46,425 nucleotides of DNA from Deltaproteobacteria bacterium. Lineage in GTDB: Bacteria > Myxococcota_A > UBA796 > SXON01. A model generated the notes under the pieces. It was not told the origin of the DNA. It saw nothing but the letters and a program-made list of their open reading frames with translations, and did no database searches. The stretch spans positions 1 to 46,425 of the forward strand of contig VGRE01000003.1 in assembly GCA_016875435.1 (NCBI GenBank). Reading direction: 5' to 3'. Position numbers and translations under genes: made by a program. This document shows, in pieces, positions 18,002 to 27,318 of this stretch. Position 1 is the stretch's first letter, and every line of letters begins with the position of its first letter.

Positions 18002-18534
18002 CCCTCCTGCTCGGCTGCATGGGCACCTTGCAGACCCCCGACGGTCCCGAGCGGATCAGGGGGGCAGTCGTGCTGGACGACCCGTTCGACGAGGCGGACG
18101 CGTCGCTCGTGGTCGTGACCAACAGCCCCTTGCCGTGCGAGGCCGACGTGGCCGACGACCCGGCCACCACGCGCGACGAGGAGGCGGAGGCGCTGGCGTG
18201 GTGGGCCGACGGCGTGGAGGCGGCAGCGGCGCGCGAGGGCGCCGTGGTCGTCGCCTTCGTCCTGCCAGGGGGCGACGGCGAGTTCGACATCGGCGGAGCG
18301 GGTGCCTACTGGCTCGCCTACCGCGTGATCGAGTCGGGCTGGGAAGACGGCGAGCGAGTCATCTACGAGTACGAGGACGACCGCCGCGCCACGGGCACCG
18401 CCACGCTGGCCGCCGGGGGCGACACCATCGACGTCAGCTTCGAGGTGGGGGACTGGTCGGGGAGCGTGAGCGCCCCCCCCTGCGACAGCGCCTGGCTCTC
18501 CGGCCTGATCATCGACCTGTTCGGCGGCCTGTAG
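17998..18534 (+). CDS. Hypothetical acidic lipoprotein, probably with a non-canonical start (CTG 17998 or ATT 17995)
   Basis: The ORF from ATG 18019 extends in frame to ATT-CTG-ACC-CTC-CTG-CTC-GGC-TGC ((I)LTLLLGC) right after GGAGGG. Confidence 0.65.
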   Translation: MTLLLGCMGTLQTPDGPERIRGAVVLDDPFDEADASLVVVTNSPLPCEADVADDPATTRDEEAEALAWWADGVEAAAAREGAVVVAFVLPGGDGEFDIGGAGAYWLAYRVIESGWEDGERVIYEYEDDRRATGTATLAAGGDTIDVSFEVGDWSGSVSAPPCDSAWLSGLIIDLFGGL

Positions 18535-18538
18535 CCCG

Positions 18539-18847
18539 CTAGAAGTCTCCCTCGAGCGCCGATTCCAGCTCCGCGTAGGTCTTGCTGTCGGAGCCGCGAG
18601 TGGCGTCGAGGCCGCGCGTCCAGATCGCCCTGGCGGCGGCGAGCTCGCCCGCCTCTTTCTTCGCCATCCCGTAGTGGTAGAACGCCGCCCCGTACCTGGG
18701 GTGGTGCTCCAGCAGGGTGTCGAAGGTGGCGAAGCACTCGGCGTGCGCCCCCGCCTTGCGCAACTCCATCGCGAGCGCGTAGAGACCGAAGCGGTCGGTG
18801 GGCTTCCTCGCGACGTAGTCGCGCGCGGCGGCGAGGCGGTCGGACAC
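18539..18847 (-). CDS. Small tetratricopeptide-repeat protein
   Basis: GTG 18847 after AGGA; P.DRFGLYALAMEL...P.Y.AAFYHYG...G....A..IW..GL pattern. Confidence 0.8.
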   Translation of the reverse strand: MSDRLAAARDYVARKPTDRFGLYALAMELRKAGAHAECFATFDTLLEHHPRYGAAFYHYGMAKKEAGELAAARAIWTRGLDATRGSDSKTYAELESALEGDF

Positions 18848-18950
18848 GGGCTTTCCTGCGCGGGAAGGGAGGGTCGTCCCGGCGCGTGTCGAAATCAGCA
18901 CGGCGCGCGCGGGCGCGGCAAGGTATCCTGTCGGCCGTTCCGGAGGCGGC

Positions 18951-21158
18951 GTGGTCCTTTCCATCACTCTCTCGCTCGCGATGATGGCGTGCAGCGGCGG
19001 CGTGCTCAACGAGCAAGACAACACCAAGGACACCGACACCGCGACGGTGGGCGGCGACCCCGACATCTCGGTGCAGACCACCGAGGTCGACTTCGGCGAG
19101 GTGGCCTTCGACGATCGGTTCACCGAGCTGATCACCGTGGTCAACAGCGGCGGCGGCGACCTGGAGATCACCAGCATCGCCGTCGACTCGCCCTTCCAGG
19201 TCAACCCGCTGTCGATGCACCTCACCGCCGGCTCGACGGCGCAGATCACCCTCAGCGTGCAGCCGCAGGCCTACGAGGAGTTCGCCAGCGCCATCGTGAT
19301 CGAGAGCAACGACCCCGACGAGCCCACGGTGGAGATCCCGGTGCTGGCGGTGACGCTCACCGACAACGATGGCGACGGCTACGACCTCGTGGATGCCGGC
19401 GGCACCGACTGCGACGACACCGACGTGACCGTGCATCCCGACGCCTACGAGGTGTGGTACGACGGCATCGACCAGGACTGCGACGGCGGCTCCGACTACG
19501 ACCAGGACGGCGACGGCTACGAGTCCGACGCGTTCAACGAAGACGCGGCCGACGGCGGCGGTGACTGCCAGGACTCCGACGCCGAGTACTACCCGGGCGC
19601 CCCCGACGAGCCCTACGACAATCGCGACACCGACTGCGACGAGGCCGACGACTTCGACCACGACGGCGACGGCTCCCGCTCCGACGACTACGGTGACGGT
19701 CGCGACTGCGACGACAACGACGCCGAGGTCAACACCTCGGGCGATGAGCAGTTCAACGGCAAGGACGACGACTGCGATGGCGACGCCGACAACGGCGCGG
19801 TGTTCAGCACCTCGGAGTACATGTACACCGGGCGCAACAACTATGATCGGGCCGGTTGGCACACGGCCCTGGGCGACCTCGACGGCGACGGCATGGCCGA
19901 GGTGGTGGGCGGCGTGCCGTACTACGGCGCGGCGAGCAACAGCTCCACCTCCGGCGGCGCGGTGGTGATCTTCGGGGGCGGGCCGTACTTGCCCGACGAC
20001 AGCACCGAGGACGACCCCACCCCCTCGGGCGACGTCCGCGACGCCGACCAGCTCATCGAGGGCGACGGCAGCTCCGACCTGCTCGGCGGTTTCGTCACCG
20101 TGCTCGGCGACTTCGACGAGGACGGGGTGGACGACCTCGCCGTGGGCGGCACGGGCGTGTCGGCGGGCGGGGGCGCGGTCTACATCATCAACGGCCCGGA
20201 TGCGATGTCCGGTCGCGACACGTCTGACTCGTACTACACGCTCACCGGCTCCTCCAACAACGCGCTGGGCCGCGGCATCGCGACCGATATCGACCTCAAC
20301 GGCGACGGTGTGCAAGACCTCGTCGCTTGCTACACCGAGTCGAGCAACAACGCCGTCGCGCTCGTCTACGGCGGCAGCGGGGGCGATGAGCCGATCGGCA
20401 ACGCCGACGCGCGCTGGACGGTCAACGGCACCGATGAGGCTTTCTACCGGAACGCGCCGGTGGGTGGCGATCTCGACGGCGACGGCTACCAGGACCTCGT
20501 CCTCTCCGACGGCAGCTCCGATCAGGGCGCCACCGACGGCGGCGCGGTGTGGGCGGTGTGGGGCCAGGGCGGCCGCTACTCCGGCGCCACCAGCATCACG
20601 GCCGTGGGCACCACGCTGATGGTGGGCAGCAGCGCCCAGGGCATCGGGACGGTCTCGCAGCTTGGCCCTGACTGGGACGGCGATGGAGACGCCGAGCTCT
20701 GGGTCTTTGCCTCGGGCACGGCCCTCTACGCCCTCGAGGGTGGTCCTGGCCGCGGCAGCTACACCTCGGGCGCCGCCGCCGTCACCTACACCTGGTCAGA
20801 CAGCTACGCCGACGCCGCCGGCCTGCGCCAGATGGGCGACTTCACCGGCGACGATGTCAGCGACATGATCGTGTACTTCGAGGACAACGGCGGCTCCGGC
20901 ACCATGATGCACTTCGCGTCGGAAACGCAGTCTGGCACCCACGACCAGGACACGGCGTGGGCCGGGTACGTCCGCGGCACCAGCGACCACGGCAACGGCA
21001 ACGCGGGCTACGGCAACGCCCCGCTCGCGGCCGACATCGACGGCGACGGCGACGACGACTACGCCGCCGGCGACCCGCAGTGGCACGACCCGGACGACGC
21101 CAGCTCGGGGTCAGAGGGCGAGATCTACGTGTTCATGAACGAGACGTTGCGCGACTAG
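18951..21158 (+). CDS. Surface lipoprotein: choice-of-anchor-D/ASH Ig domain, 3 MopE-like repeats, FG-GAP propeller
   Basis: GGAGG SD; ...MMAC lipobox; VDFG..N.G.GDL.I..SNDPDEP; DCDD...DGIDQDCDG; GDLDGDG..E repeats. Confidence 0.88.
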   Translation: MVLSITLSLAMMACSGGVLNEQDNTKDTDTATVGGDPDISVQTTEVDFGEVAFDDRFTELITVVNSGGGDLEITSIAVDSPFQVNPLSMHLTAGSTAQITLSVQPQAYEEFASAIVIESNDPDEPTVEIPVLAVTLTDNDGDGYDLVDAGGTDCDDTDVTVHPDAYEVWYDGIDQDCDGGSDYDQDGDGYESDAFNEDAADGGGDCQDSDAEYYPGAPDEPYDNRDTDCDEADDFDHDGDGSRSDDYGDGRDCDDNDAEVNTSGDEQFNGKDDDCDGDADNGAVFSTSEYMYTGRNNYDRAGWHTALGDLDGDGMAEVVGGVPYYGAASNSSTSGGAVVIFGGGPYLPDDSTEDDPTPSGDVRDADQLIEGDGSSDLLGGFVTVLGDFDEDGVDDLAVGGTGVSAGGGAVYIINGPDAMSGRDTSDSYYTLTGSSNNALGRGIATDIDLNGDGVQDLVACYTESSNNAVALVYGGSGGDEPIGNADARWTVNGTDEAFYRNAPVGGDLDGDGYQDLVLSDGSSDQGATDGGAVWAVWGQGGRYSGATSITAVGTTLMVGSSAQGIGTVSQLGPDWDGDGDAELWVFASGTALYALEGGPGRGSYTSGAAAVTYTWSDSYADAAGLRQMGDFTGDDVSDMIVYFEDNGGSGTMMHFASETQSGTHDQDTAWAGYVRGTSDHGNGNAGYGNAPLAADIDGDGDDDYAAGDPQWHDPDDASSGSEGEIYVFMNETLRD

Positions 21159-22090
21159 CGCAGCGCGTCGGCGAAGCGCCCGATGGTGCCCGACCAGCGC
21201 ATCGCGAGCGACTGCCCGAAGAAGAGCCAGGCGACCGCGCCCATCCCCAGGAAGGGCCCGAACGGCACCGCCACCTGGAAACGCCGCCGCAGGCTGGCGA
21301 GGTACTGGCCGAGCCGCGCCGGCCCGGAGAGACCGGCCTCGCCGGGCCACTCGGGCGGGCGGGCGATGATCTGCGCGAGCGCCGCCGAGCCCCCGACGAG
21401 AGCGCCGGTGGTGGAACCGATCATCAACACGGCGAAGAGGCCGGGAAAGGGCCCGAAATAAGCGCCGAAGAGAGCCATCAGCTTGGCGTCGCCCCAGCCC
21501 ATGCCCTCCTGCCGCGTGAGCACCCAGTACAGGCCGATGATGGCGGCGATGCCGAGGCCGCCGGCGCTGGCACCCACCAGCGACTGCTGCCAGGTGGGCG
21601 CGCCCTCGTAGCCGAGGAAGCCGAGGAGCGCGGCGCCACCCACGCCCACGGGCACCGAGTAGATGCTGAACTCGTCGGGAATGATGCTGTGGCGCAGGTC
21701 GATGAAGGTCATCGCCAGCACCGCGAAGCACAGCCAGAAGTACCAGATGAAGGCCACGAGATGCGCGGTGTCGAGGTTGCCGAGGTCGGGTACCACGCGG
21801 CGGAACAAGAGCGCCGCGAGCACGGCAAACTGTGCCTCGACGAGGGGGTAGAGCGGCGAGATGCTGGCCTTGCAGTGGCGGCACCGCCCGCGGAGCACGA
21901 ACCACGACAGCACGGGGATGTTGTCGTAGGCGGCGATGGGCGTGCCGCAGGATGGGCAGGCCGACCGCGGCGACACCACCGAGCGGTCCTCCGGCATCCG
22001 GCTGATGCACACGTTCATGAAGGAGCCGAAGAGAAGCCCGAGCAGGCCGGCGTAGCCGGTGAAGAGGGCGTAGGCTGCGTCGTAGTTCAC
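21155..22090 (-). CDS. pilD: Type IV prepilin peptidase/N-methyltransferase
   Basis: GSFMNVCI.R.P, RSACPSC, DNIPVLSW..LRGRCRHC, FIDL, GMGWGDAKL, VPFGPFL; GTG start overlaps the upstream stop. Confidence 0.93.
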   Translation of the reverse strand: MNYDAAYALFTGYAGLLGLLFGSFMNVCISRMPEDRSVVSPRSACPSCGTPIAAYDNIPVLSWFVLRGRCRHCKASISPLYPLVEAQFAVLAALLFRRVVPDLGNLDTAHLVAFIWYFWLCFAVLAMTFIDLRHSIIPDEFSIYSVPVGVGGAALLGFLGYEGAPTWQQSLVGASAGGLGIAAIIGLYWVLTRQEGMGWGDAKLMALFGAYFGPFPGLFAVLMIGSTTGALVGGSAALAQIIARPPEWPGEAGLSGPARLGQYLASLRRRFQVAVPFGPFLGMGAVAWLFFGQSLAMRWSGTIGRFADALR

Positions 22091-23157
22091 GGCGACAAGG
22101 CCCCCCCGGCGGACGACCGGACCGCGTCGATGACCGCGCTGACGTCGCGCTCGTCGAGGCACTCGTGAACCGGCAGGGCGAGGCTCTCGGCGCAGAAGCG
22201 GTCGGCCTCGGGCGTGGGCGCGTGCTCGATGCCGTCGAGTGCCTTCTGTCGCGACAGTGGAATCGGATAGTAGATCGCGCTCTCCACGCCGCGGTCGGCG
22301 AGATGGGCGCGGAGCGCGTCGCGCCCCGGCACGCGGACCACGTACTGGTGGATGGGATGCCCGGCCGAGCGCGGCAGGCGCTGCACCCAGGGCGGCAACT
22401 CGGCGTCGTAGCGCGCCGCCGTTGCGCGGCGGGCGCGCACGCGGGCGTCGAGGTCGTCGAGGTGGGCGAGGAGCACGGCGGCCTGCATGGCGTCGAGGCG
22501 GCTGTTGGCGCCCACGTGGCCGCGCACCCGCTCGTGCACGTTGTTGGCCAGCATGCCGTGGTGGGTGAGCCGGAGCACGGCCTGCTGGGTGTCGGCGTCG
22601 TCGGTGAGCACGAGGCCGCCGTCGCCGGCCGCCCCGAGGGTCTTGGTCGGGTAGAAGCTCATGGCGCCGATGTTGCCGTTTCGAGGGGGGGGGTCGGCGC
22701 CGATCACCTGGGCGAGGTCGTCCACCACCGGCACGTCGAGGCCGGGGAGGAAGCAGCCCTCGCCGTAGAGGTGAACCGCCACCACCGCGCGCGTGCTTCG
22801 GCGCAACGGCAGGCGTTCGAGATCGAGGTTCGGGTAGTCGGGGCGCACGTCGGCCACCACGGGGGTGTGCCCCGCGCGCACCACCGCGCCGGCGGTGGCG
22901 AAGAAGGTGACGGCGGGGACGATGATCTCGCCGCCCGGCGCCAGGCCGAGCGCGAGGATCGCGTAGACGAGCGCGTCGGTGCCGCTGTTGGTGCTCGCGC
23001 CGTGCGCCCAGCCCATGCGCGCCGACACCCGTGCCTGCACCTCGCTCACCCTCGGGCCCCCCACGTAGCGCCCGGAGCGGAGGACCTCGAGCACCGCCGC
23101 CTCGGCGCGTCCCGCCACGCGCGCGTGGCGCGCGGCGAGGTCGGCCATGCGGATCAC
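22087..23157 (-). CDS. DegT/DnrJ/EryC1/StrS family PLP-dependent sugar aminotransferase
   Basis: NSGTDAL, TFFATAGAV, VHLYG, DDLAQ, SFYPTKTLGAAGDGG, NSRLDAMQAA, IYYP.PL; GTG 23157 overlaps the pilI stop. Confidence 0.92.
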   Translation of the reverse strand: MIRMADLAARHARVAGRAEAAVLEVLRSGRYVGGPRVSEVQARVSARMGWAHGASTNSGTDALVYAILALGLAPGGEIIVPAVTFFATAGAVVRAGHTPVVADVRPDYPNLDLERLPLRRSTRAVVAVHLYGEGCFLPGLDVPVVDDLAQVIGADPPPRNGNIGAMSFYPTKTLGAAGDGGLVLTDDADTQQAVLRLTHHGMLANNVHERVRGHVGANSRLDAMQAAVLLAHLDDLDARVRARRATAARYDAELPPWVQRLPRSAGHPIHQYVVRVPGRDALRAHLADRGVESAIYYPIPLSRQKALDGIEHAPTPEADRFCAESLALPVHECLDERDVSAVIDAVRSSAGGALSP

Positions 23158-23921
23158 TTGAAGTCTCGGCGCTCGAAGATGATCATCGCCACGGCGAGCA
23201 CGGCGGCGGAGTAGCCGAGGCCGTAGGCGCCGCTCCACAGCACCTCGCTCCAGGGCACGGGTACACCGTGGACCGCCTCGTCGCGGATGTTGAAGCTCTC
23301 GAGGTTGGGCACCACCCGGTAGAGGATCGACAGCATGGTCTTGAAGGGGCCGTCCTCCGCGCGCTCAGCAAACAGGCGGAGGTCGTCGGCGAAGTGTCCG
23401 ATCAGGTAGATACACACGGAGAACGCCGAGGCCGTCATGGGCGTGGCGAAGGTGGAGAAAAGCGTGGCCCACGCGGTGAGCAAGGACAGCTCCGCCATGA
23501 GCAACACCATCGCGAGGTACACGCCGAGGCTCGGCAGGCCCTGCTGGGTGGCCAGAACCAGCGTGTAGAAGAGGGTGAGCAGGCCCACTTCCGCGGCGAG
23601 CGTGATCCACAGGCCGAGGTACTTGCCGAGCAACAGGTGCCAGCGAGGCAAGGGCTTGCTCGCCAGCGTGTAGATCGTCTTCTTCTCGATCTCCTTGTAC
23701 ACCAGCCCCACGCCGAGGAAGATGGCGATGACCGCGGCCAGTAGGCTCGTGCCGCCGAGGGCCACGCCGCGTACCACTTTCGCGGTGTCGCCGATCGACA
23801 TCTCCTTCAGGGTCAGGGAGAGGCACAGCAAGATGACCGCGAAGAACAGGATGCTGTTCAGCACCCGATCGCGGACCGCCTCGCGGAAGGTGTTGGCGGC
23901 GATCACGTACACCCGGTTCAT
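23154..23921 (-). CDS. pilI: ABC transporter permease, PilI-like
   Basis: IAANTFREAVRDR, EIEKKTIYT.ASKP..R...LLGKYLG, PNL..FN; lies between an ABC ATPase and pilD as in myxobacterial pilGHID. Confidence 0.8.
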   Translation of the reverse strand: MNRVYVIAANTFREAVRDRVLNSILFFAVILLCLSLTLKEMSIGDTAKVVRGVALGGTSLLAAVIAIFLGVGLVYKEIEKKTIYTLASKPLPRWHLLLGKYLGLWITLAAEVGLLTLFYTLVLATQQGLPSLGVYLAMVLLMAELSLLTAWATLFSTFATPMTASAFSVCIYLIGHFADDLRLFAERAEDGPFKTMLSILYRVVPNLESFNIRDEAVHGVPVPWSEVLWSGAYGLGYSAAVLAVAMIIFERRDFK

Positions 23922-24856
23922 GCGAGCACCCCGAGGCGCTTCTCGTTGACCAGCTTGGCGCGTTCAACCTCGTCGAGCAGTACCTCCTCGAGGGTGCGCG
24001 CGTTGGGGTGCACCTCGAGGACGTGGCCGCCCGCTGCCCGCACCGCGTCGATGGTGGCGTCGACATTGCCGCTGGGCACCCGCACCGTCACGCGGTCGCC
24101 GTCGCGACGCATCACGCGCCCGGGGGGGTCGCCCGCGATCACGAAGGTGCAGTCCACCTCGTCGGCGGTCTGGCCGATCAGCTCGCGCACCGTGCCCTGG
24201 CCCCGGAGGGTGCCGGCCACGACGATCGCCACCTCGTCGCAGATGGCTTCCACGTCGCCGAGGATGTGGCTCGAGAAGAAGACGGTCTTGCCCTTGCGCC
24301 GTTCTTCCTGGATGATGTCGCGCACCAGCACGCGGCCGAGCGGATCGAGGCCACTCATCGGCTCGTCGAGCACCACGAGGTCGGGATCGTTCACGAGGGC
24401 CTGGGCGATGCCCGCCCGCTGCAGCATGCCCTTGCTGAACTTGCCGAGGGGCACGTGACGGAAGCGGTCGAGGTTCACCCGCTCCAGCAGGGCCTCGATG
24501 CGCGGCCGGCGCGCGGCGGCTTCCACCTCGGTGAGCCGCGCGTAGAAGTCGAGGAACTCCCAGGCAGTGAGGTACTCGTAGAAGTAGGGCCGCTCGGGCA
24601 TGAACCCCACCCGGCGACGCGACTCGTGGTCGGTGATGGCCACGCCATGGATCCAGGCTTGCCCGGCGGAGGGGCGCTGCAGGCCCATGAGCGTCTTGAT
24701 GGCGGTGGTCTTCCCGGCACCATTGGGTCCGACGAGGCCGAAGCTCGAGCCGACTCTCACCTCCATGGTGAGTTCGGAGAGCGCCACGAAGGGACGGCGC
24801 AAGAAGCCCGATAGGTATGTCTTACCTAACTTTTCTGTGCGAATGGCGAGTGGCAT
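23918..24856 (-). CDS. pilH: ABC transporter ATP-binding protein, PilH-like
   Basis: GPNGAGKTT, PERPYFYEYLT, FSKGMLQR, LDEPMSGLDP.GR, SSHIL. Confidence 0.85.
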   Translation of the reverse strand: MPLAIRTEKLGKTYLSGFLRRPFVALSELTMEVRVGSSFGLVGPNGAGKTTAIKTLMGLQRPSAGQAWIHGVAITDHESRRRVGFMPERPYFYEYLTAWEFLDFYARLTEVEAAARRPRIEALLERVNLDRFRHVPLGKFSKGMLQRAGIAQALVNDPDLVVLDEPMSGLDPLGRVLVRDIIQEERRKGKTVFFSSHILGDVEAICDEVAIVVAGTLRGQGTVRELIGQTADEVDCTFVIAGDPPGRVMRRDGDRVTVRVPSGNVDATIDAVRAAGGHVLEVHPNARTLEEVLLDEVERAKLVNEKRLGVLA

Positions 24857-25199
24857 CGGGGAACCGGGATCGGAGGCGGCGAAGCGCCGCGTGCTCCTTG
24901 GCGCCGATTAGGTATTCCGTCACGGCCTCCGCGGGCATGGAGCCGGCCCCACGCCAGTTGCACCGCGTGCAGTAGGGCCCCGAGTCCTCGAATCGTCCCT
25001 CCGCCTGGGCCACGCGCCAGCGGTGCAGGCGAGCCCCGTTCCAGAGCTCGGCCAGCGGGGTGTCGCGCGCGTTGCCGAGGGTGTTCTCGAGCCCCTCGTC
25101 GAGGCAGCACGTGGTGACGCGCCCGTCGACATGGACCATGGGCGTGTCCCAGAGGCCGGCGCAGGCCGGGCGAGCCGGCTCGACCGGAGCCGGTCGCAT
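24822..25199 (-). CDS. Stand-alone SPASM/twitch (auxiliary Fe-S cluster) domain protein
   Basis: CAGLWDTPMVHVDGRVTTCCLD...LGN....L.ELWNG...CTRC; no CxxxCxxC radical SAM core; start is uncertain (ATG 25199 or slightly upstream). Confidence 0.75.
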   Translation of the reverse strand: MRPAPVEPARPACAGLWDTPMVHVDGRVTTCCLDEGLENTLGNARDTPLAELWNGARLHRWRVAQAEGRFEDSGPYCTRCNWRGAGSMPAEAVTEYLIGAKEHAALRRLRSRFPDATRHSHRKVR

Positions 25200-25228
25200 G
25201 CGTGCGCGCAGCCGGCGCGCCCACTCCG

Positions 25229-25927
25229 CTAGTCGAAGCGCGTCCAGCGGTCCCCCACGCGTCGCTCGTGCGGGTGGTAGTCGGCCTTGTACCGCAGGTG
25301 CGCGCAGTCCGACACGTAGAAGCCCAGATAGTACCATTCGTAGCCCTGTGCCGCCGCCCAGGCGATCTCGGCGAGGACCGAGAACACGCCGAGGGAGCGG
25401 CGATTCTCGGCGGGCTCGAAGTAGTGGTACACGCTCGAAACGCTGGTCTCGCCGATGTCGAGCACGCTCACCGCCACGAGGCGGTCGCCCACGAGGTAGG
25501 AGAACTCGCGAGTGTCGACGCAAGTCTGCACCAGCCAGGCGAGGTAGGCGGTGGCGGTGAGCGGCTCGATCGAGGCGGAGAGCCTACGCTCGAGCTTGTG
25601 GCGGTTGAAGAGGGCGAGGCGGGCGTCGTCGATCTCGGGCGGTCCCACGACGAGGCGAACGTCATCGCTGTTGCGTCGCCACGCCCGCCGCTGCGACTTG
25701 GTGGGCACGAACTCGCGCACCGGCACCCGCAGGGGCTCGCAGCCCTGGCAGGAGGGGCAGGCGGTACGGTACAGCATGCGGCCGCTGCGCCGGTCGCCCT
25801 CGGCGAGGCAGCGGTCGAACTGCGCCGGCGCCAGCGGGCCCATCGGCAGGCGCAGGGGAAGCCGGGCGCGCTCGCCCTCGCGATAGGGGCAGGGCTCCAT
25901 CTGGTCCCAGAGGACGCGGAAGTTCAC
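25229..25927 (-). CDS. ate: Aminoacyl-tRNA--protein transferase (Ate/Bpt family, N-degron pathway)
   Basis: CPY, G.RRSG..LYR..C..C..C.PLR, KSQRR, SSVY.YF.P, SLG.FSVL.EI, YYLGFYV..C..L.YK..Y.P; TACCAT box 6 nt before GTG 25927. Confidence 0.9.
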   Translation of the reverse strand: MNFRVLWDQMEPCPYREGERARLPLRLPMGPLAPAQFDRCLAEGDRRSGRMLYRTACPSCQGCEPLRVPVREFVPTKSQRRAWRRNSDDVRLVVGPPEIDDARLALFNRHKLERRLSASIEPLTATAYLAWLVQTCVDTREFSYLVGDRLVAVSVLDIGETSVSSVYHYFEPAENRRSLGVFSVLAEIAWAAAQGYEWYYLGFYVSDCAHLRYKADYHPHERRVGDRWTRFD

Positions 25928-25957
25928 GTTGCTATGGTAGCGCGGTAAGGGAGTCGG

Positions 25958-26659
25958 ATGGCGGTACACGCGGCTCGCGAGGGAATGCTCGCCACCTTGA
26001 CGCTCGATCGTCCCGAGAAGGCGCACGCCTACGATCGCGTCCACCTCGACGAGATCCTCGCCCGGGCCCGGGCGCTGGCGGGCGAGGTGAGCGTCCTGAT
26101 CGTCCAGTCAACCGGTGACCGCGCCTTCTGTGGCGGCGCCGATCTCGACGCGATGAAGGCGTCTAGTTTCCTCGACGCGCTCGAGCTCCGCTCGCAGCGG
26201 GTGTTCGACGAGCTCGCCCGCCTGCCCTGCGTGACCATCGCCGCCATCCAGGGACCAGCCATCGCCGGGGGCTTCGAGCTGGCCCTTGCCTGCGACCTGC
26301 GCGTGGCCAGCCCCGCCGCGCGCTTCGCGTTCCCGGAGACGGCGCTCGGCATCATCCCCTCGGCCGGGGGGACCACGCGCCTCGCGGCGCTGGTGGGCGC
26401 CTCCCGCGCGAAGGCGGTGGTGCTCGGCGGCGACGGCGTGAGCGCCGAGCAGGCGCTGTCCTGGGGCCTCGTGCATCGCCTGTCGACCGAACCGCGCGCC
26501 GAGGCAGCCCGCTGGGGCGCGGAGATCGCTACCCGAGATCTCGTCGCCTTGCGCCTCGCCAAGCAGGTGATGGGGGCTGAGCTCTCCGCTGCCTCGCTCG
26601 CCCGCGAGCGCGTGGCCGAGGCCATCCTCTACGCGCGCAAGCGCCCGGAGTCGCGATGA
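25958..26659 (+). CDS. Enoyl-CoA hydratase/isomerase family protein
   Basis: AFCGGADL, IAAIQGPAIAGGFELALACDLR, PETALGIIP.AGGT.RL. Confidence 0.9.
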   Translation: MAVHAAREGMLATLTLDRPEKAHAYDRVHLDEILARARALAGEVSVLIVQSTGDRAFCGGADLDAMKASSFLDALELRSQRVFDELARLPCVTIAAIQGPAIAGGFELALACDLRVASPAARFAFPETALGIIPSAGGTTRLAALVGASRAKAVVLGGDGVSAEQALSWGLVHRLSTEPRAEAARWGAEIATRDLVALRLAKQVMGAELSAASLARERVAEAILYARKRPESR

Positions 26660-27318
26660 CGCAAGTCGACCCCTACGCCCCGCACACCCTGTTCGGCTTC
26701 CCGATGTGGGCCTCGCTCATCTCGGGCTCCGAGCAGCACAAGGAGGGGTTGCTCAAGCACGCGATGGACCTGCGCGCGCGCTACCCCGGGGTGGTGCGCA
26801 GCAACCGCCATGCCTGGCACTCCGGTCCCGAGTTCGTCCACCACAAGAGCGAGCACGTGGCCTGGCTGCTGCAGAAGGTCACCAAGTTCGCCACGCTCGC
26901 GACGGCCCGCTACCACGAGAACTGGCAACACCACGACCTGGTGCTCGCCGGTTGCTGGGCGAACGTGCTCGGTTTCGGCGGCTGGAACGCCCCGCACCAC
27001 CACGCGCCCACCCACTGGTCGGGCGTCTACTACGTGAACGTGGGCACGCTGCCGACGGACCCCGGCGACTTCTCGGGCATGATCGAGTTCCTCAACCCGA
27101 ACCCCCAGATGGCGCTTTACGGCCAGTCGGGAAACTACGTCCACCGCCCCAGGGACGGGCTGATGGTGCTCTTCCCCGCGAGCATCACGCACTACGTACA
27201 CCCGCGCTTCGCGGACGACCTGCGCGTGTCGATCGCCTACAACTTCACCGTGGTCCCCCGTGACGGGCAGGGAGACGGGAAGGCAGCGACGGGCGGCTAC
27301 TCGGCGCAGTTGCCGTAG
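26656..27318 (+). CDS. TIGR02466-like 2OG-Fe(II) oxygenase
   Basis: RSN...WHS, WANV, N.PH.H...WSGVYYV, G.MVLFP..I.HYV.P, RVSIAYN. Confidence 0.8.
   Translation: MTQVDPYAPHTLFGFPMWASLISGSEQHKEGLLKHAMDLRARYPGVVRSNRHAWHSGPEFVHHKSEHVAWLLQKVTKFATLATARYHENWQHHDLVLAGCWANVLGFGGWNAPHHHAPTHWSGVYYVNVGTLPTDPGDFSGMIEFLNPNPQMALYGQSGNYVHRPRDGLMVLFPASITHYVHPRFADDLRVSIAYNFTVVPRDGQGDGKAATGGYSAQLP

Noticed and set aside
16218-18534. RiPP biosynthetic cluster around the radical SAM pair
   Set aside because: No precursor peptide, PqqD/RRE domain or peptidase-containing transporter is visible
27297-27318. 22-bp convergent overlap between the oxygenase and VWA genes
   Set aside because: Short tail-to-tail overlaps are common in compact high-GC genomes
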